Assembly: GCA_951406725.2 (NCBI GenBank)
Contig: OX597837.1
Span: forward strand, 4,092,001-4,156,000
DNA: 64,000 bases
Reading direction: 5' to 3'
Origin: Octopus vulgaris
Taxonomy: Eukaryota
Within the stretch, counting starts at the first letter, position 1. Each line of letters starts with the position of its first letter. Under the pieces are notes generated by a model. The model was not told the origin of the DNA and made no database searches. It saw nothing but the letters and a program-made list of their open reading frames with translations. Shown piece after piece: positions 14,078-29,339 of the stretch. The position numbers and the translations under genes are program-made.

Positions 14078-15844
14078 TTATCAGTATAACTGCGTCAGTT
14101 GGACTCTGCTGTTTTTCTTGATATAAGATCGCGATGTCGTGTAAAAGTGGTTGTGATGAATGTGCCTTGTGTACCCTTATCAGATGGGTAGTCATATCAG
14201 ACGGGTAGTCATGATGGGTATATTGGGCTTCGTATATTTGTACATCAGTGTCACTTTGTTGGAACTTAAAAGAAAAATAATAATCAAGAATTGAATGAAA
14301 ACATCAGAAATATTAATTCAATAACTTCAACCACAACACCAACGTGTGACATTTTTATGATTCAACGTAAAAGATTTGGAAGAAACATTGAACTCTTTAT
14401 ATTCTGGTTATAGGAAATGTACCGTGATTTGAAGAGCAAGATTGAAGCGGCAATGTAAATAATTTGACGTATTAATTTACACCATCTGCCTCTGAATAAT
14501 GTGTAACTCTTGTAAGTGTTTGCTCCAGGCAATCATTGCTATAAAAGGCAGTAAGTATACAGTGCAATTAAATACCGCAAAGCATTACACCATCCACGCT
14601 AAAAACTCTGCCAATTTCTCGCCTAGGATTTGAACGTTGTTAATGCTTAGCGTACAAATCAGTCATGATTCAATCGAACTAGAATTAAATTTATTCCTTG
14701 CATGACTGCCCAAATATTTATTTCCATACTCATTGTAATGAACTTGATTTTTTCATGACTATTTACCGCTATCCCGTTTAATTAGGCACTACAGCACCTA
14801 TGATAGATTTCAGAATTTCCGAGAAAAATGACAGAACAGAGGGAATCGTTGTTAGATCGGGTACCTTCATCGAATGCTTTCAACAAGGTGAATTTTGTTA
14901 AAGGTACGTAAAGGTGAAGCTTTGATGTTCATATGAGTGAATTATTAAGTCTACCGACATAGAAAGACAGTTACCTACCAGTTATTTGTCTCACATCCAC
15001 AGAATTCGTTTCGTGCCAAATTTCATTCGCAAGGCTTTCCTCGATTAGCTGTTTACAGAACGCACCTTAGAAGAGTCCTTGGATCCTTGGATTAAAACAG
15101 GCACTACATGAAAGGACATGTCTATTCTAATAGAGAATGGTAAAGAATACGTCAAAGCAATAGGCATTGAAGAACTGGGAAAAGCTAAAAACAGTTTAGA
15201 TATAACAAAAACTCTATCTTTAATTAAATCGCAAATGGGTGAGTGTAATTTGAAGATTTCGCTGCTACTTTTTTGCAGTTTGAATGACCGCATAATTTCT
15301 CGTTACATCATTTGGTGTAACATTTGTACCAAAAACTCTTTCCTGCGATGAAAAAAATTGTCATTGCTTTAGATTCTAAATATATTACATTTTCACAGGT
15401 TTTGCCTTCTATCGATTTTATCGATGGGCAATGATCCGATGATACATTATTTTATCGATTCACATATGGATAATTTGAACCAAGTATCTAAAACTATTAC
15501 AAGTAAATACTACTGGGCATTTTCCTGATGTTCTAACGATTCTGTGTTAGCAAGATATTAATCCAAAGAAAAACTCCATGAAAACGTGTTATGGTTCTTA
15601 CAGAACAGCTTTTATAATCCCAGTCCGGGGAATGGAGCAATATGTCAATACTTGCAGCTCCTTGAACAAAATCAGTCAATTTGTTTCTCCAATACATTCA
15701 ATACAGAGATTTAATTTAGCCTGGCTGCATTCCAATTCAATACCCTATTGGGAAATTTGGGACAGATCCACGGCTCCGTTTAATAAACTCTCGAAGCAAG
15801 GATATTTATATTTCTAGCGTTTCAATAGAGATATATAATGGCAT

Positions 15845-18280
<2,436 letters not shown>

Positions 18281-18779
18281 TGCAATATTATATTCTTTTC
18301 TTTATGGTTTAACATATTTGCCAAATAATTGGAATTTGTGCGTTTCAGCTATACATAGGTCTCAGACTTGGAGAAGTAGAACAGACTTTGTGAACGTATG
18401 TTTATTTTAATAGATACCATAACGCAGATATTTCTGTTGCCGAGAAAGAACTGAAATATCAGAGCATAAGTACCTTTAATTTAGTGATTACATTACACCA
18501 TAAAGTTTGTGATACGCTGTATATAATGCGCAAAATCTCCACTGATGAAGGAATCACGTTGTCTTTCGGTTTTACATGCATGTAATCGTATGCGCGCGTG
18601 CAATATAATATATGCATTCATTTCCATTTATGACTTGATTAAGGAGGTGAGCGGGCACAATCATTAGCACACTGGGCAAAATGCTTAGCGATATTTCATT
18701 CGTCCTTATGTTCTGAGTTCTAATTCCACCGAAGTCAACTTCGCCTTTCACCCTTTTGCATTTGATAAAATTACTGGTT

Positions 18780-19600
18780 TTGAGACAAACTTTGTAATCA
18801 ATTTTTGACTGTATTATAGTTCGTGACCCTTCCTGGTATTTGTTCTTAGGAATATTTTTCTGAAGTTTACCAGTTGTGAGGAAGCTCTGGAAGAGAATCT
18901 GAAGTGGTCTTTCAAGAGTCCCTTTGCTTTTCTTGAGGAGTATTGCTGTGAATTTATCAGCACCTGTGGCTCAGTTTGAGCTCATTTTATCATTTGCAGA
19001 TATTACATCAGCTTCTCCTATGTTGATGCTATCAATAATGGTTATTTTTTGGGTAGAACTCATCAGGCATAACTACTTGCAAGTGCCCAGATGGAGTGGT
19101 GAAAATATTCTTGTATTGAACATTCAGTATTTCACTAATCCTCTAGGATGTCTATTATCGGGGAGCCATTTGCTTTGAACAGTGGCTTTATCATGCTCCG
19201 TACTGAAGCAGAATTCTTTGAATATCTATAGAAGGCTTCAGTGTTTTTCTTCAATATTTTTGACAGACCTTGCTTCATTTCTTGGTCTCTCCTTTTTATG
19301 GGAGTATTTGAGTTTGTTTCGGTTTTGAGCAATGTTTATTTGCGATAGGATCATTTGCTATCCAATACTGCCCCATTTAGACAATTTGAATTTTTTTTAC
19401 TTGTCCTCATATCCGTGGGAATTATATTTTTCTGTGATTTGACAGTCGCTCGGGAGCAAACTTGCTGCATATGTAATGCAGGATTGTCATAAAGTGATGT
19501 GGCTTTATGTCAATAGTTGCGTAGAGAGATTAGCTGACCAGATTTGTTCCATGACCTCTTTCTCGATAGCCATCCAATACTTGAATATCTCTATTTAATA
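18780..19600 (-). mobile_element. Degenerate CR1-like ORF2 relic
   Basis: KILKKNTEAFYRYSKNSASVRSMIKPLFKANGS resembles the inter-domain K.NPK.FY.Y.K....V...I.PL segment of CR1-group ORF2. Confidence 0.55.
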
Positions 19601-19662
19601 GCAGCCGATATATGTCAGTTGTTTGGCTTATTTCGCCATTCACGATTTACATCATGCATGTG

Positions 19663-19712
<50 letters not shown>

Positions 19713-19713
19713 G

Positions 19714-19821
<108 letters not shown>

Positions 19822-20128
19822 CATATAGATAACTTTTTATTGTAGCCACACAGGGCTAAACAGAATAAAAATGGACGAAATACAATGTAGAATTTTTTCT
19901 TTTCGAGGTGGGATGGGTGGGGAAAAAAAAAACAAAAAAAAAACGTTTGATCAATAGGGATCTGTGGGTTGTGTGGTGTATAAAAAAGCAATATATATAT
20001 ATATATAAGGTTCACAGTTTAGGTGTAGCCTTGGAAAGAAAAACCTACAAAAAAAGACCAAGGTCACCTCAGACAATTCGAAAAAGAACACATGAGTAAG
20101 TCGCCTTACTTCTCGTTGTCTCTTTTGG

Positions 20129-23100
20129 TTACAGATTTATGCTTAAAATAGTGTCGTCTTTCATACTGACCATTTTTGCCACTTTTACCCACTTTTTATT
20201 AAAACATTCGTTTGACAAAGCCTTCCTCTCCATTCTCATCCTCCTTTTCAAGTGGTACTTGAAAAAGTTGACGAGAGACTGACCAGAGAGGAAGGTGTTT
20301 GTTTGCAGTCCTTTCAAACGAGTCCACCACACACATTCTTTCGCCATAGCCATCAGCGTAACGAAAACCGTTTTCCCTTCACGTTTAAAGGAAGGTGGTG
20401 GAACAATATTCATGATAGACTCGGCCGATAGGCGAGCCTGACCTACACGTGACAACAGCTGTTCGACGAAGGACTACAGCTCTGAAATATCTGGACACTG
20501 CACGAGTGTGTGCAGAACGGTTTCGTCGCTCTGACCGCATCTCGGGCAGGTCGGTCCGGTGATGGTTTTCGAACCGTGTCTGTAGCTCTTCTCTCGAACA
20601 GGTAGTGCGTCTCGATAGCACTGCCAAGCCAGGGATTTCTGGAAGTTATCCATAGGCCCCGGCCCGAACGTCGTCCTGAACAGGCGGGTTAGGAATTCTT
20701 CGTCGACGCCCAGGTTTGCCCCGAGTGTGTTGTCGGACCTCCACTAGTCCTCTATAGAACGCTTTAGTCGTTTGTAAGTTGCACAAGTTTGACCCCGGTC
20801 GGCAGAGCTGCTGTAGAGCTTGGCGACACTCTCGGTGCCAATCGCCCAGTTTCGGTCTCTTTTTGATCCACGTTTGCAGTTCGGTCAGTGAGACGAGCTG
20901 CGGGAAGTCGCGCCTCACAAACGGCGCCCACACCTGTTCACCGTCGTCGATGAATTTCCAGAGATGTCGCAGTCTCAGCGCATGCCTGCGCATCATCAAC
21001 CACGGCATGCCCAGTCCTCCATTCAACGGATGTTGACAGCAAATGGACTTCCTCACCATCGGAACGCCACCCTTCCACAGGAAGCGGAAGAGTATGCGTT
21101 CCAGTTTGGTGATGGTGGCGTCGGGACAAGGTACGACGGTCAGGCGGTAATCGATGACGGATGCGATGTACGCGTTCGCCACCTCCGCCCGGCCTTTTAG
21201 AGACAGCTTTCTCTCGGCCCATGTTTGGCTGAGAGTGACCACTCTACTCGTGATCTCGTCCCAGTTCTTATCCATTTGGAGGTCCGGACTGAACCAGACC
21301 CCGAGCAATTTAACCGGTCCGTCCGTCCAGCGTCCCACTACTGAGCCGCAGTCGGACGGCATGGGCTTGCTTCTCCAGGTGCCAAGTAGCAAACCCACTG
21401 ACTTTTCCAGGTTAATCTTTGCTCCCGTCACCGTTTCGTATTTTTTTAGTGTCTCGCCTATCATCTTGATGTGTTTGTCGCTCGACTCTATGACGGTGAC
21501 ATCGTCCGCATATGCCGACACGCTCGTCCCGCAACCCAGTTCCCGTGGGATGCCCCTCAGTGTCGCCAGCTTCCGCAGTAGCGGCTCGAGAGTCAATACA
21601 TACAGAAGCGGCGACAGGGGACACCCCTGACGGACCGAACGCGTGATGTCAAACGGTTTCAACCCGAATCACCGATCGGATGCCGCTATACAAGGCAGCC
21701 ATCCAACCGCGGAAGACAGGGCCGAAGCCAGCCGCCCTGAGGACGGCTGCCAAGTACCGATGGTCGACCCTATCGAAGGCTTTAGACTGATCCAAATTTA
21801 TCAGCGCCCCACCCATGCCAGGATCCTTAACTACCCTGTCCACAATGTAGCGCATCAGATGGAGGTTGTCACGTATGGTTCTGCCCGGCACGGCGCATGT
21901 TTGAGCCCTGTCGACCAGTTTACCAATGACAAGCGCCAACCTCTCGGCTATTACTTTGGCCAAAATTTTCAAATCTGCGTTGAGCAGAGTGATGGGCCTG
22001 AAATTATCTATAAAATTCCCCTTGTTTGGGTCTTTCTTCAGCAACGTCACCTCACCTCGGCTCACGAAACCGGGGATTCTCCCGTTTTGTTGCCAGTTGC
22101 AGTAGACTGATGCCAAGAGGTCGCCAAACAAGTCTGACATTTGACAATACAGCTCGTAGGGTAAACCATCCAATCCAGGCGACTTATCCCTCGCGCAGCC
22201 CGCCATCGCATCCCACACGTCAGCGGCTGTGATGAGACTTTCACAACACTCCGCTTCTCTTTCCGAGAGCCGCGGCAGGTCGGTCAGGTAGGCACTGAAA
22301 TCCATCCCGCGTTCCGACCCAACACTCGCACCAAACAGTCGAGCAAAGTGCTGTTGAAAGGCCTCACACATCCTTTCGGGTTCGAGTAAACTGCATCCCT
22401 GTTGATCAATTAGAGACCGAATGGTGGCTCTGTTGCCACACTGCGCCTCCGCTACCCGGGCCTCTCGCGCAGCTTCGATCCCTTCCTTCTTTAAGGCACG
22501 CATTTTAGCTCTGACGACGCAATCTTCGTGCTTGGCGTTGAGGTGTTGGTCGAGGGCCATCCTCGCAGCCAGCACGTTGGTTGCGCTGCCAGTGGTAAGT
22601 GCCTCTTCTAGTTTCTTAACCAAGTCTCCCTCTACTCTATTTCGTTCTATCGCTAATTCCTTGCTAAACCTAATTGATTCCGATTTTATTGCCATTTTCA
22701 GGGCGTACCACCAGCGGTTGTTAACGACGGCTCCCGTCAGCGCCCTCTTAATTAACTCGCTAATCCGGTTCCTGTAAACTTGTCACGCTAACAGCATCGT
22801 GTTCAGTTTCCAGTAACCGGGACCCTGCCTATGTGTTTTATCTAAGTCGAGCGTACACGTAACAAATTTGTGATCTGTGTAGCTGACTATTTTAAATTGT
22901 GGCAATCCTACACTATCCCTATCCGCTGTCCTGCATAGAATTCTATCTAGATAAGATCTCGACGATCCGACGCGGTTTGTCCAAGTCCACGTTGGCACGT
23001 TCGGATGGTCGAGTCGGAACCTGTCAGACAAATGGAAACGTCTGAGCAGGTCTTTGAGGCTCTTACACCCCCTTCTATTCCTATCCTTTCCCACATAATC

Positions 23101-23559
23101 TAGATGCGTGTCCAAGGTAGCGTTCCAATCCCCTACTAACAGTAAAGGTCTAGACGTACCCAGGAAAACCTCTAGACGTCTGAAGAAATCCGCCCGACCC
23201 GTTAAGGACGGTGCATAAACTGCCATCAGACGGAATGCACACCCATTTCTGCCATCCACGTCCAAGACAACCAGCCTACCCTCCGGGTCTAGGAATATTG
23301 CTCTTACTTTTACCTTTAGACACTTTCGAAAAAGCACCGCGGTACCTCCACCACCCATGTTCAGCAGACAGGGAGAAAAATAAATGTCAAATTGATTGCC
23401 AAACATGGATTCGAGGGCCCGCGGCTTACTGAGTCTGGTTTCACTGATAGCTACTATATCCACGTTCAGTGACTTGATGTTGTTTAGAAGGTAACCTTGC
23501 TTCCAAGCCGACGCCAAGCCACGCGCATTCACACAACCTAATTTAAGCATACTTGACAT
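20129..23559 (-). pseudogene. LINE ORF2 (AP endonuclease, reverse transcriptase, zinc finger), disrupted
   Basis: APE motifs NARGL, ISET, VYAP, GDWN, SYLDRI, YTDHK and GPGYWKLN. RT motifs KSPGLDG, NFRPITLLNADLKILAK, LDQSKAFDRVDH, VRQGCPLSPLLY and AYADD. C-terminal CPRCGQSDETVLHTLVQC. In-frame stop at 22783-22785, frameshifts near 21655 and 20680, and a further stop just after the zinc finger. Confidence 0.93.
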
Positions 23560-23616
23560 TTACGAAAATTGTGTTTTACACACTATATTAGAAGAGAGAA
23601 GAGGCAAGAGGGGAGG

Positions 23617-25545
23617 TCACTCACTCATTTCAAAAGTTTCATTTTTTTCTTCTTCTTTTGTATTGTCTTTGATGAGGTGTTTGTATAGTTTTTTCGACAG
23701 GTATCGTTGAAACCCGCCTACCGCATTCGGAAATATTGTTTTTAGTATGTGGTGTTGTGCTTGTGTTATGTCTAAAATTCTGATGTGTTTCGGTGGTGTG
23801 GTATGCGGATGATTGTTTGTCTTAAAGTCATCTTCACAGATGACCGTGCTGGATGTGATGTAGTCCATTAATTCTTTATTGTCTGTGTCTATTGCAGTTA
23901 GTTGTGTGTGTGGTTTTACGGGTTCATTGCTTTTTTGATTGTCTAGGGGGATGTTGTCCGGAGTTAGATATCTCCCTGCTTTACTTCCTTGTTTGGTGGA
24001 TTTTTTGGATCTTTTCCTTTTACCCCCTGTGGCTATTTGCCATTCCGTCGAACTTTCGTCGTCCGACGTATCAGTATGGGGTAGAGGCAAAGCATTTGCA
24101 TTACTATGTATGCTTGTAGAAATTGTTGATGTTTTGTGCGGTGTTTGTGTTGTTGTGGTGTTAGGGGTAGAATTAGTCTTCTCGTCACTGTTTTCTGTCT
24201 TTTTAATTGTCGTCTTCGGTGTTGGTGTTGGTCTATTCTTTGTTGGTTCAGCATGTTGAATTGGTTGTGACGTCAACGGTGATTGTGTTGGTACTGTTTC
24301 TTTTTTTGGTGATGTTGTTGGGGTTTGTTTGCTGGTTTGTTGTTTTTCTTGGCATTGTTCCATAATTGAGTGTGTTGGTGTTGGTGTTGGCAACAAGGGT
24401 TTTTTATTTGTTTTCTGATTTGTTCTTTCTTGTTTTTTCTGTACCAGAGCACACTTGGCAATTAAATGTTCGGTGCTGCCACAGTTGTAGCATCTAGGTT
24501 TTTTGCCTTCTGCTATAATATATGGGCTTTGCCCATTTTCCAAGTGGATCTTATCCGGTAGGCTCTCGATAGAGGTCCCCTCAATCTGTATGGTCACCAC
24601 TATAGTTTTTCCACCCCAATTGTCGTTTTTCCACCCCAAACGGCGGTTTCCAAGATATTGATAGTTTTCAAATGATAACAGATTGCCCCTGTTATCCATT
24701 TGTTAGGAATGTCGGGAGGTACATTTTTAATAGTGATTCGACTCACTCTCTGATTTTTGTAGTATGGGACCATGATGATATCATCATTTTCCAAAGACTC
24801 AGTAGAGTGAGCTTTTGCCACTTCCTGGTTAGGGAAGCGGACCACTACTGTGTTAAACTGGGGACCCCAGTTTATGTATTCTTTTTTTTTCATTATGTTT
24901 TTTAAGCCTTTTTCTACATCCGCTTTTGTAATCTGTTCATTTAGTTTTTTTGTTTTTTCTTATAATTTTATAAATAATTGTCTTATTTTCTATGTCTTGC
25001 TTTATGTGTTGAGGTGTATGTAGCACTAAAACTTGCCCTCTGGTTGTAAAGAGAGCTCTTGTTTCTATGAGCTCTTCATTTGTGAATGTTACTATTTCTT
25101 TCTTCTGGCGAAGAATGTCTGCGAAATTTACTGATGTTGTTGATTTTTTTGTATTAACATCTTCACTATTAGATAGTTCATTTTTATTGTTGTTCTTGTT
25201 GCTGTTGTTTTTGTCAATAGTTTTCGTGTGAGTTTTATTTTTATCATTTATGTTGGTCATGGTGGTGGTGGTGGTGGTGGTGGTGGTGGTGGTGATGGTG
25301 GTGGTGGTGGTGGTGCTGGAGGTGGTGGTGGTAGCAGTAGTAGTCTCATGGTTGCTGTTGTTAGTGGTGGTGGTGGTGGTGACAGGGCTGTTACCGCACG
25401 TGGTTGCAGCGTTCATTCCAACGATATTCATGTTTGCACTTTGCGTGCATGAGTTCTTTTTTTCTTCTCCTAGCGTTTCCAAACTAGGAAAATGCTGGTC
25501 CATAAAGGAACGCGACCTGCGTTCTACAATAAAATTTCTCGACAT
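23617..25545 (-). pseudogene. LINE ORF1 (gag-like), split by two frameshifts
   Basis: Three consecutive minus-strand ORFs (24937-25545, 24600-24893, 23617-24699). Contains zinc knuckle CYNCGSTEHLIAKC, an N-terminal poly-Thr tract and a low-complexity K/T/P-rich region after the knuckle. Confidence 0.8.
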
Positions 25546-25751
25546 TTTCTAATGTCGAGAAGAAAATTACAGAAATGAAATGGGGTTGAAACTGCCCCTA
25601 GGGGCGAATTCCTCCCTTGGAAAAGCACTCAAACGAAGGTTAGGTTCCTTACACACCTTATTTACAAAAATTTACACAAAAATTGGGCTATAAATAGTCA
25701 AAATAAACGATTACCTTCGGAGCCGAAATGACAGCACGTCCGTCGATAGAG

Positions 25752-25789
<38 letters not shown>

Positions 25790-25808
25790 ATAGATATGTA
25801 GATAGATT

Positions 25809-25870
<62 letters not shown>

Positions 25871-25895
25871 CAGACAGAGAGATAGACAGACAGAC

Positions 25896-25971
<76 letters not shown>

Positions 25972-25973
<2 letters not shown>

Positions 25974-26160
25974 GTTTCTTTATTGGCCACACAGGGCTGC
26001 ACACAGATGGGACAAGTTACAAGGTAGAGCTTTTCTTTTGGGGGATGTAAAAACAAACAAGAAAAGAAACAAAGAAAAAAGGTGACGTAGGTTTTCGATC
26101 AAAAGGGATCGTAAAAGGGAAAAAGAAGAACAACAAAAAATAAAATAAAAAATTAAAAAA
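25972..26160 (-). mobile_element. 5'-truncated 3' end of a related Tx1-like element, also between (GATA)n tracts
   Basis: Sense end ...GCAGCCCTGTGTGGCCAATAAAGAAACT-(TATC)n resembles the large element's end TTAGCCCTGTGTGGCTACAATAAAAAGT-(TATC)n. (GACA/GATA)n lies at 26161-26295. Confidence 0.7.
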
Positions 26161-26211
26161 GACAGACAGACTGATAGACAGATAGAGAGATAGACAGATA
26201 GGTAGGTAGAT

Positions 26212-26296
<85 letters not shown>

Positions 26297-27194
26297 ATTG
26301 AGAGAGAGGATGAAGGAGAGAATTAACACTGAAAGTGTAGGATGAGTGACTATGCTTTTTCTGAAAAATGCACGATTTTTAATGAAATTTTGCTGAGATA
26401 GCTTTTCCATGGAAAAACTTGCGATTCTGTTGATAAAAGCCAGAAAACCAATAGCAAATTTACAAATGAGATTTTTATTCTATGTAATTATATTTTAAGT
26501 TAACAAGTATTTTTCTTTTGCAAATTTGTATTCATTGGATCGATTTGTAAAGAAAAGTTAAACCAAGGTTACTTTATGTACGCCATTTTATTCTTGATGT
26601 TACCCTTAGCGGAAAAAAGTATATTTCCAAAGTTATACATTCATTTAATAGTTAATCTATAGTATTAATTTTGATAACAGTTTGAAAAATAACGAGATAT
26701 ATTTATTGCAAATTTACAAACTTGGAGCTAGTGAGCTGGGAGGATCGTTAATACAACAGATGAAATGTTTAGCGGCATTTCGTTCGTTTTACGTTCAGAT
26801 TTAAAATTCCACCAACGTCGACGTCGCATGTCGGTGTCGATAAAATAAGTAGCAGTCAAGTGCTGCCGACGATATAATCAACTAGCTCTTCAGTCTTCAG
26901 GCTTTGTGTCTTTAGGAGAAAGGAATATACAATTCTGAAATAATAGACTGATTTGGGAGAGGAGTTACACAAATTAGAATTTTATTTTATTCAATTTTAT
27001 TTCAAGGTAATAAAAACTTTACTTCGGAAAACTTAGTAATCATTGCTATATTTTGCATTAGCATCAAGAAATTTGATAAAATACAAATTATATTTATTTT
27101 ATGTATACCATATTTCCTGATATTACTTCCAACCATACCAGTCATATGGGAGATAACACACTATTAATAGAGTATCATTGAATATTAGGATATA

Positions 27195-27760
27195 TTGGGT
27201 TGTCCGGAAAGTTCGTGCCGATTTTGAAAGGAAAGAAAAAGGTCAATAAATACTTGCCATTAGATTTTTAATCAACCAAATATGAACCATTTTGTTGCAC
27301 AATACGTCTCCATCTTTCCTTTAACTTGAAAATACCCTCTTCTCAGAATTGAGGTGGTTTCATGACAAATAATTCATCAAGGTATCTTTTTACGTCATCC
27401 AAGGAATTGAAATTTTTACCATTAAGACTCTTCTGCTGAGACCTGAATAAGTGGAAATCCGAAGGAGCAATATCTGGTGAAAATGGAGGTTGGGGTAACA
27501 CATCCCAGCCGAGCTGCAGCAATTTTTGTCTGGTTCCCTAAGCATCAAGTGCCGAAAAAGAAGTTTCTTATCTTGCATTTAAAAGGGTTACAGAATTTAC
27601 ACAGGTTATAGGAACATAAACCTTCTTCCACGAAAAGATAGCTTAATCTGTTCTCTAAATGAAGGTGTAGTCAAATCCTATTTTATGGACTCAAACATGT
27701 TCTAAAATAAGTCGAAATGTAAGCTGCTATAAATCGGCTCGAACTTTCCGGACAACCCAA
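27195..27760 (-). mobile_element. Internally deleted mariner element
   Basis: TIRs ttgggttgtccggaaagttcg.gccgattt / aaatcggc.cgaactttccggacaacccaa with TA flanks. Minus-strand remnant LQLGWDVLPQPPFSPDIAPSDFHLFRS matches the YSPDLAPxD motif. Confidence 0.9.
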
Positions 27761-29339
27761 TATTTCGTTGCTGAGATAGTGTTATATTATCTTCATTGCC
27801 GATAGTATTTTACGGATTGGATCGAGGCATCACTAAGAATTATTCCTGTTGATTTTTTCCTTGATTGATCTGAGTTTAAATTGATTTTTCAAATTATATT
27901 ATTCAAAGTTTCTAGTTCTAAAATTTTAGGATGTCATTTAAGGAAAATTTGGCTACTCTGTTTGGCAAATCCATTTATCACATAAACGTCACTCCTTGGT
28001 CATGTCAGTGTTATCCACAAATCAGCTGCTATATAGTGCGTAAATACACTGTCCTTTGTGATCATAACCTCCTGTTTTTCAAACTATACCCATCTCATCA
28101 ATTTTCACAGCTATTTCCTTACACCAACTACATTTTCGAGTGTTGCTTTTATAAAAGTAGTAGGGTATTATTTAAGGGATATGAAGGCGCTATTTCTGGC
28201 ATATCAGGTGATTCCGTTGAGGCTTTGCTGTGCGACATGTTTGTGAGTGAAATATAGTTTGATAGTTCTAGATTTCAGTGTGGATGATCACGTGATAGAC
28301 GTACATATCCGCTTTGTGCAATATTTGCAAGAAAAAGTTTCTTTCTTCATATTTCCTCCAGATTTTTGAAACTAATGAATTTCAAATTTTGCAAATAAGT
28401 TAATACATGGCAAGTAAGTTAACGGTACCATCTGCAACATGTAAAACAGCAGTTAATGCATAGAATAATAAAATTCAAACGGCGATTAATTATAGGGTAA
28501 AAAATTCTAAAAATATATTATAAAAATACTTATGAATTTTATGTTATTTGAATATCTAGAAAAGACAATTGTTATTATGGCCTCGTTGGTAAAGTTCATA
28601 TTTCACCATATTTGCAGATGTAGCGTTGGAAATGTAGGTAAATTAATGTCCAAGTTTAGTAGATATGATTTTAAAACAATAGAATTCTTTAGAGAATAAA
28701 TGACCTGCAGACGATATCCGTAAAAAAAATTGTATGCAACATTTTTGCATATTTAATTAAAAAAACATTAGACAAATAACAAATAATGCGGTAATTACGT
28801 GCGGAGGATAATATTTTTTATTCAATTATATCGTTGTAATTATTGTGGCATCTAGGTTAACCAAACTACAATTATCCACATTCCTTTATTGATCCTCTCG
28901 TCAGTATTTCGTTAATTACTGCAAAGTCCATGTTTCGCAGACGAGAACACATCCAGAGATGTCTCGAGTATTACTGATCAAATACGTACTTACAGTTACA
29001 TTTTTAGTATTGTTTGCATCAGTAATGTTAGCACTGATGTATCTATTTTTATTCTACTTTGATAAAATACCTTTATTTCGCCATGGTAAGAACATTAAGT
29101 TACTTCTTTATACTTTGTTCATGCAGATGGCAACTCTGACAAATTTTCCCATTTCGTTATTTTAAATTGCCTCGTTAATGCCCAAGTTTTGTACCGAAAG
29201 TTATAGAAAATGATATTTCTTATTTTATTAACTGACATATGTCGTTGAAATTGCAGAAGTTTGGGAAATATTTCATCTTTTACAGTCATTTTCCCTGTTC
29301 GTTTTTATTGTAGGCAGATAATGGCTTACAGACTGAATC

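Larger units (their letters stand above)
19831..25743 (-). mobile_element. Near full-length Tx1/L1-clade non-LTR retrotransposon inserted in a (GATA)n tract
   Basis: Has a 5'UTR, ORF1 with a CCHC knuckle, ORF2 with APE, RT and C-terminal zinc finger, and a 3'UTR ending AATAAAAAG. (GATA)n tracts abut both ends (19662-19820, 25745-25971). Confidence 0.93.

Noticed and set aside
18541-18575. CTGATGA motif
   Set aside because: No downstream stem II, GAAA or cleavage triplet, so not called as a hammerhead.
20779-22777. Plus-strand ORFs overlapping the LINE
   Set aside because: Antisense shadows of the GC-richer ORF2.
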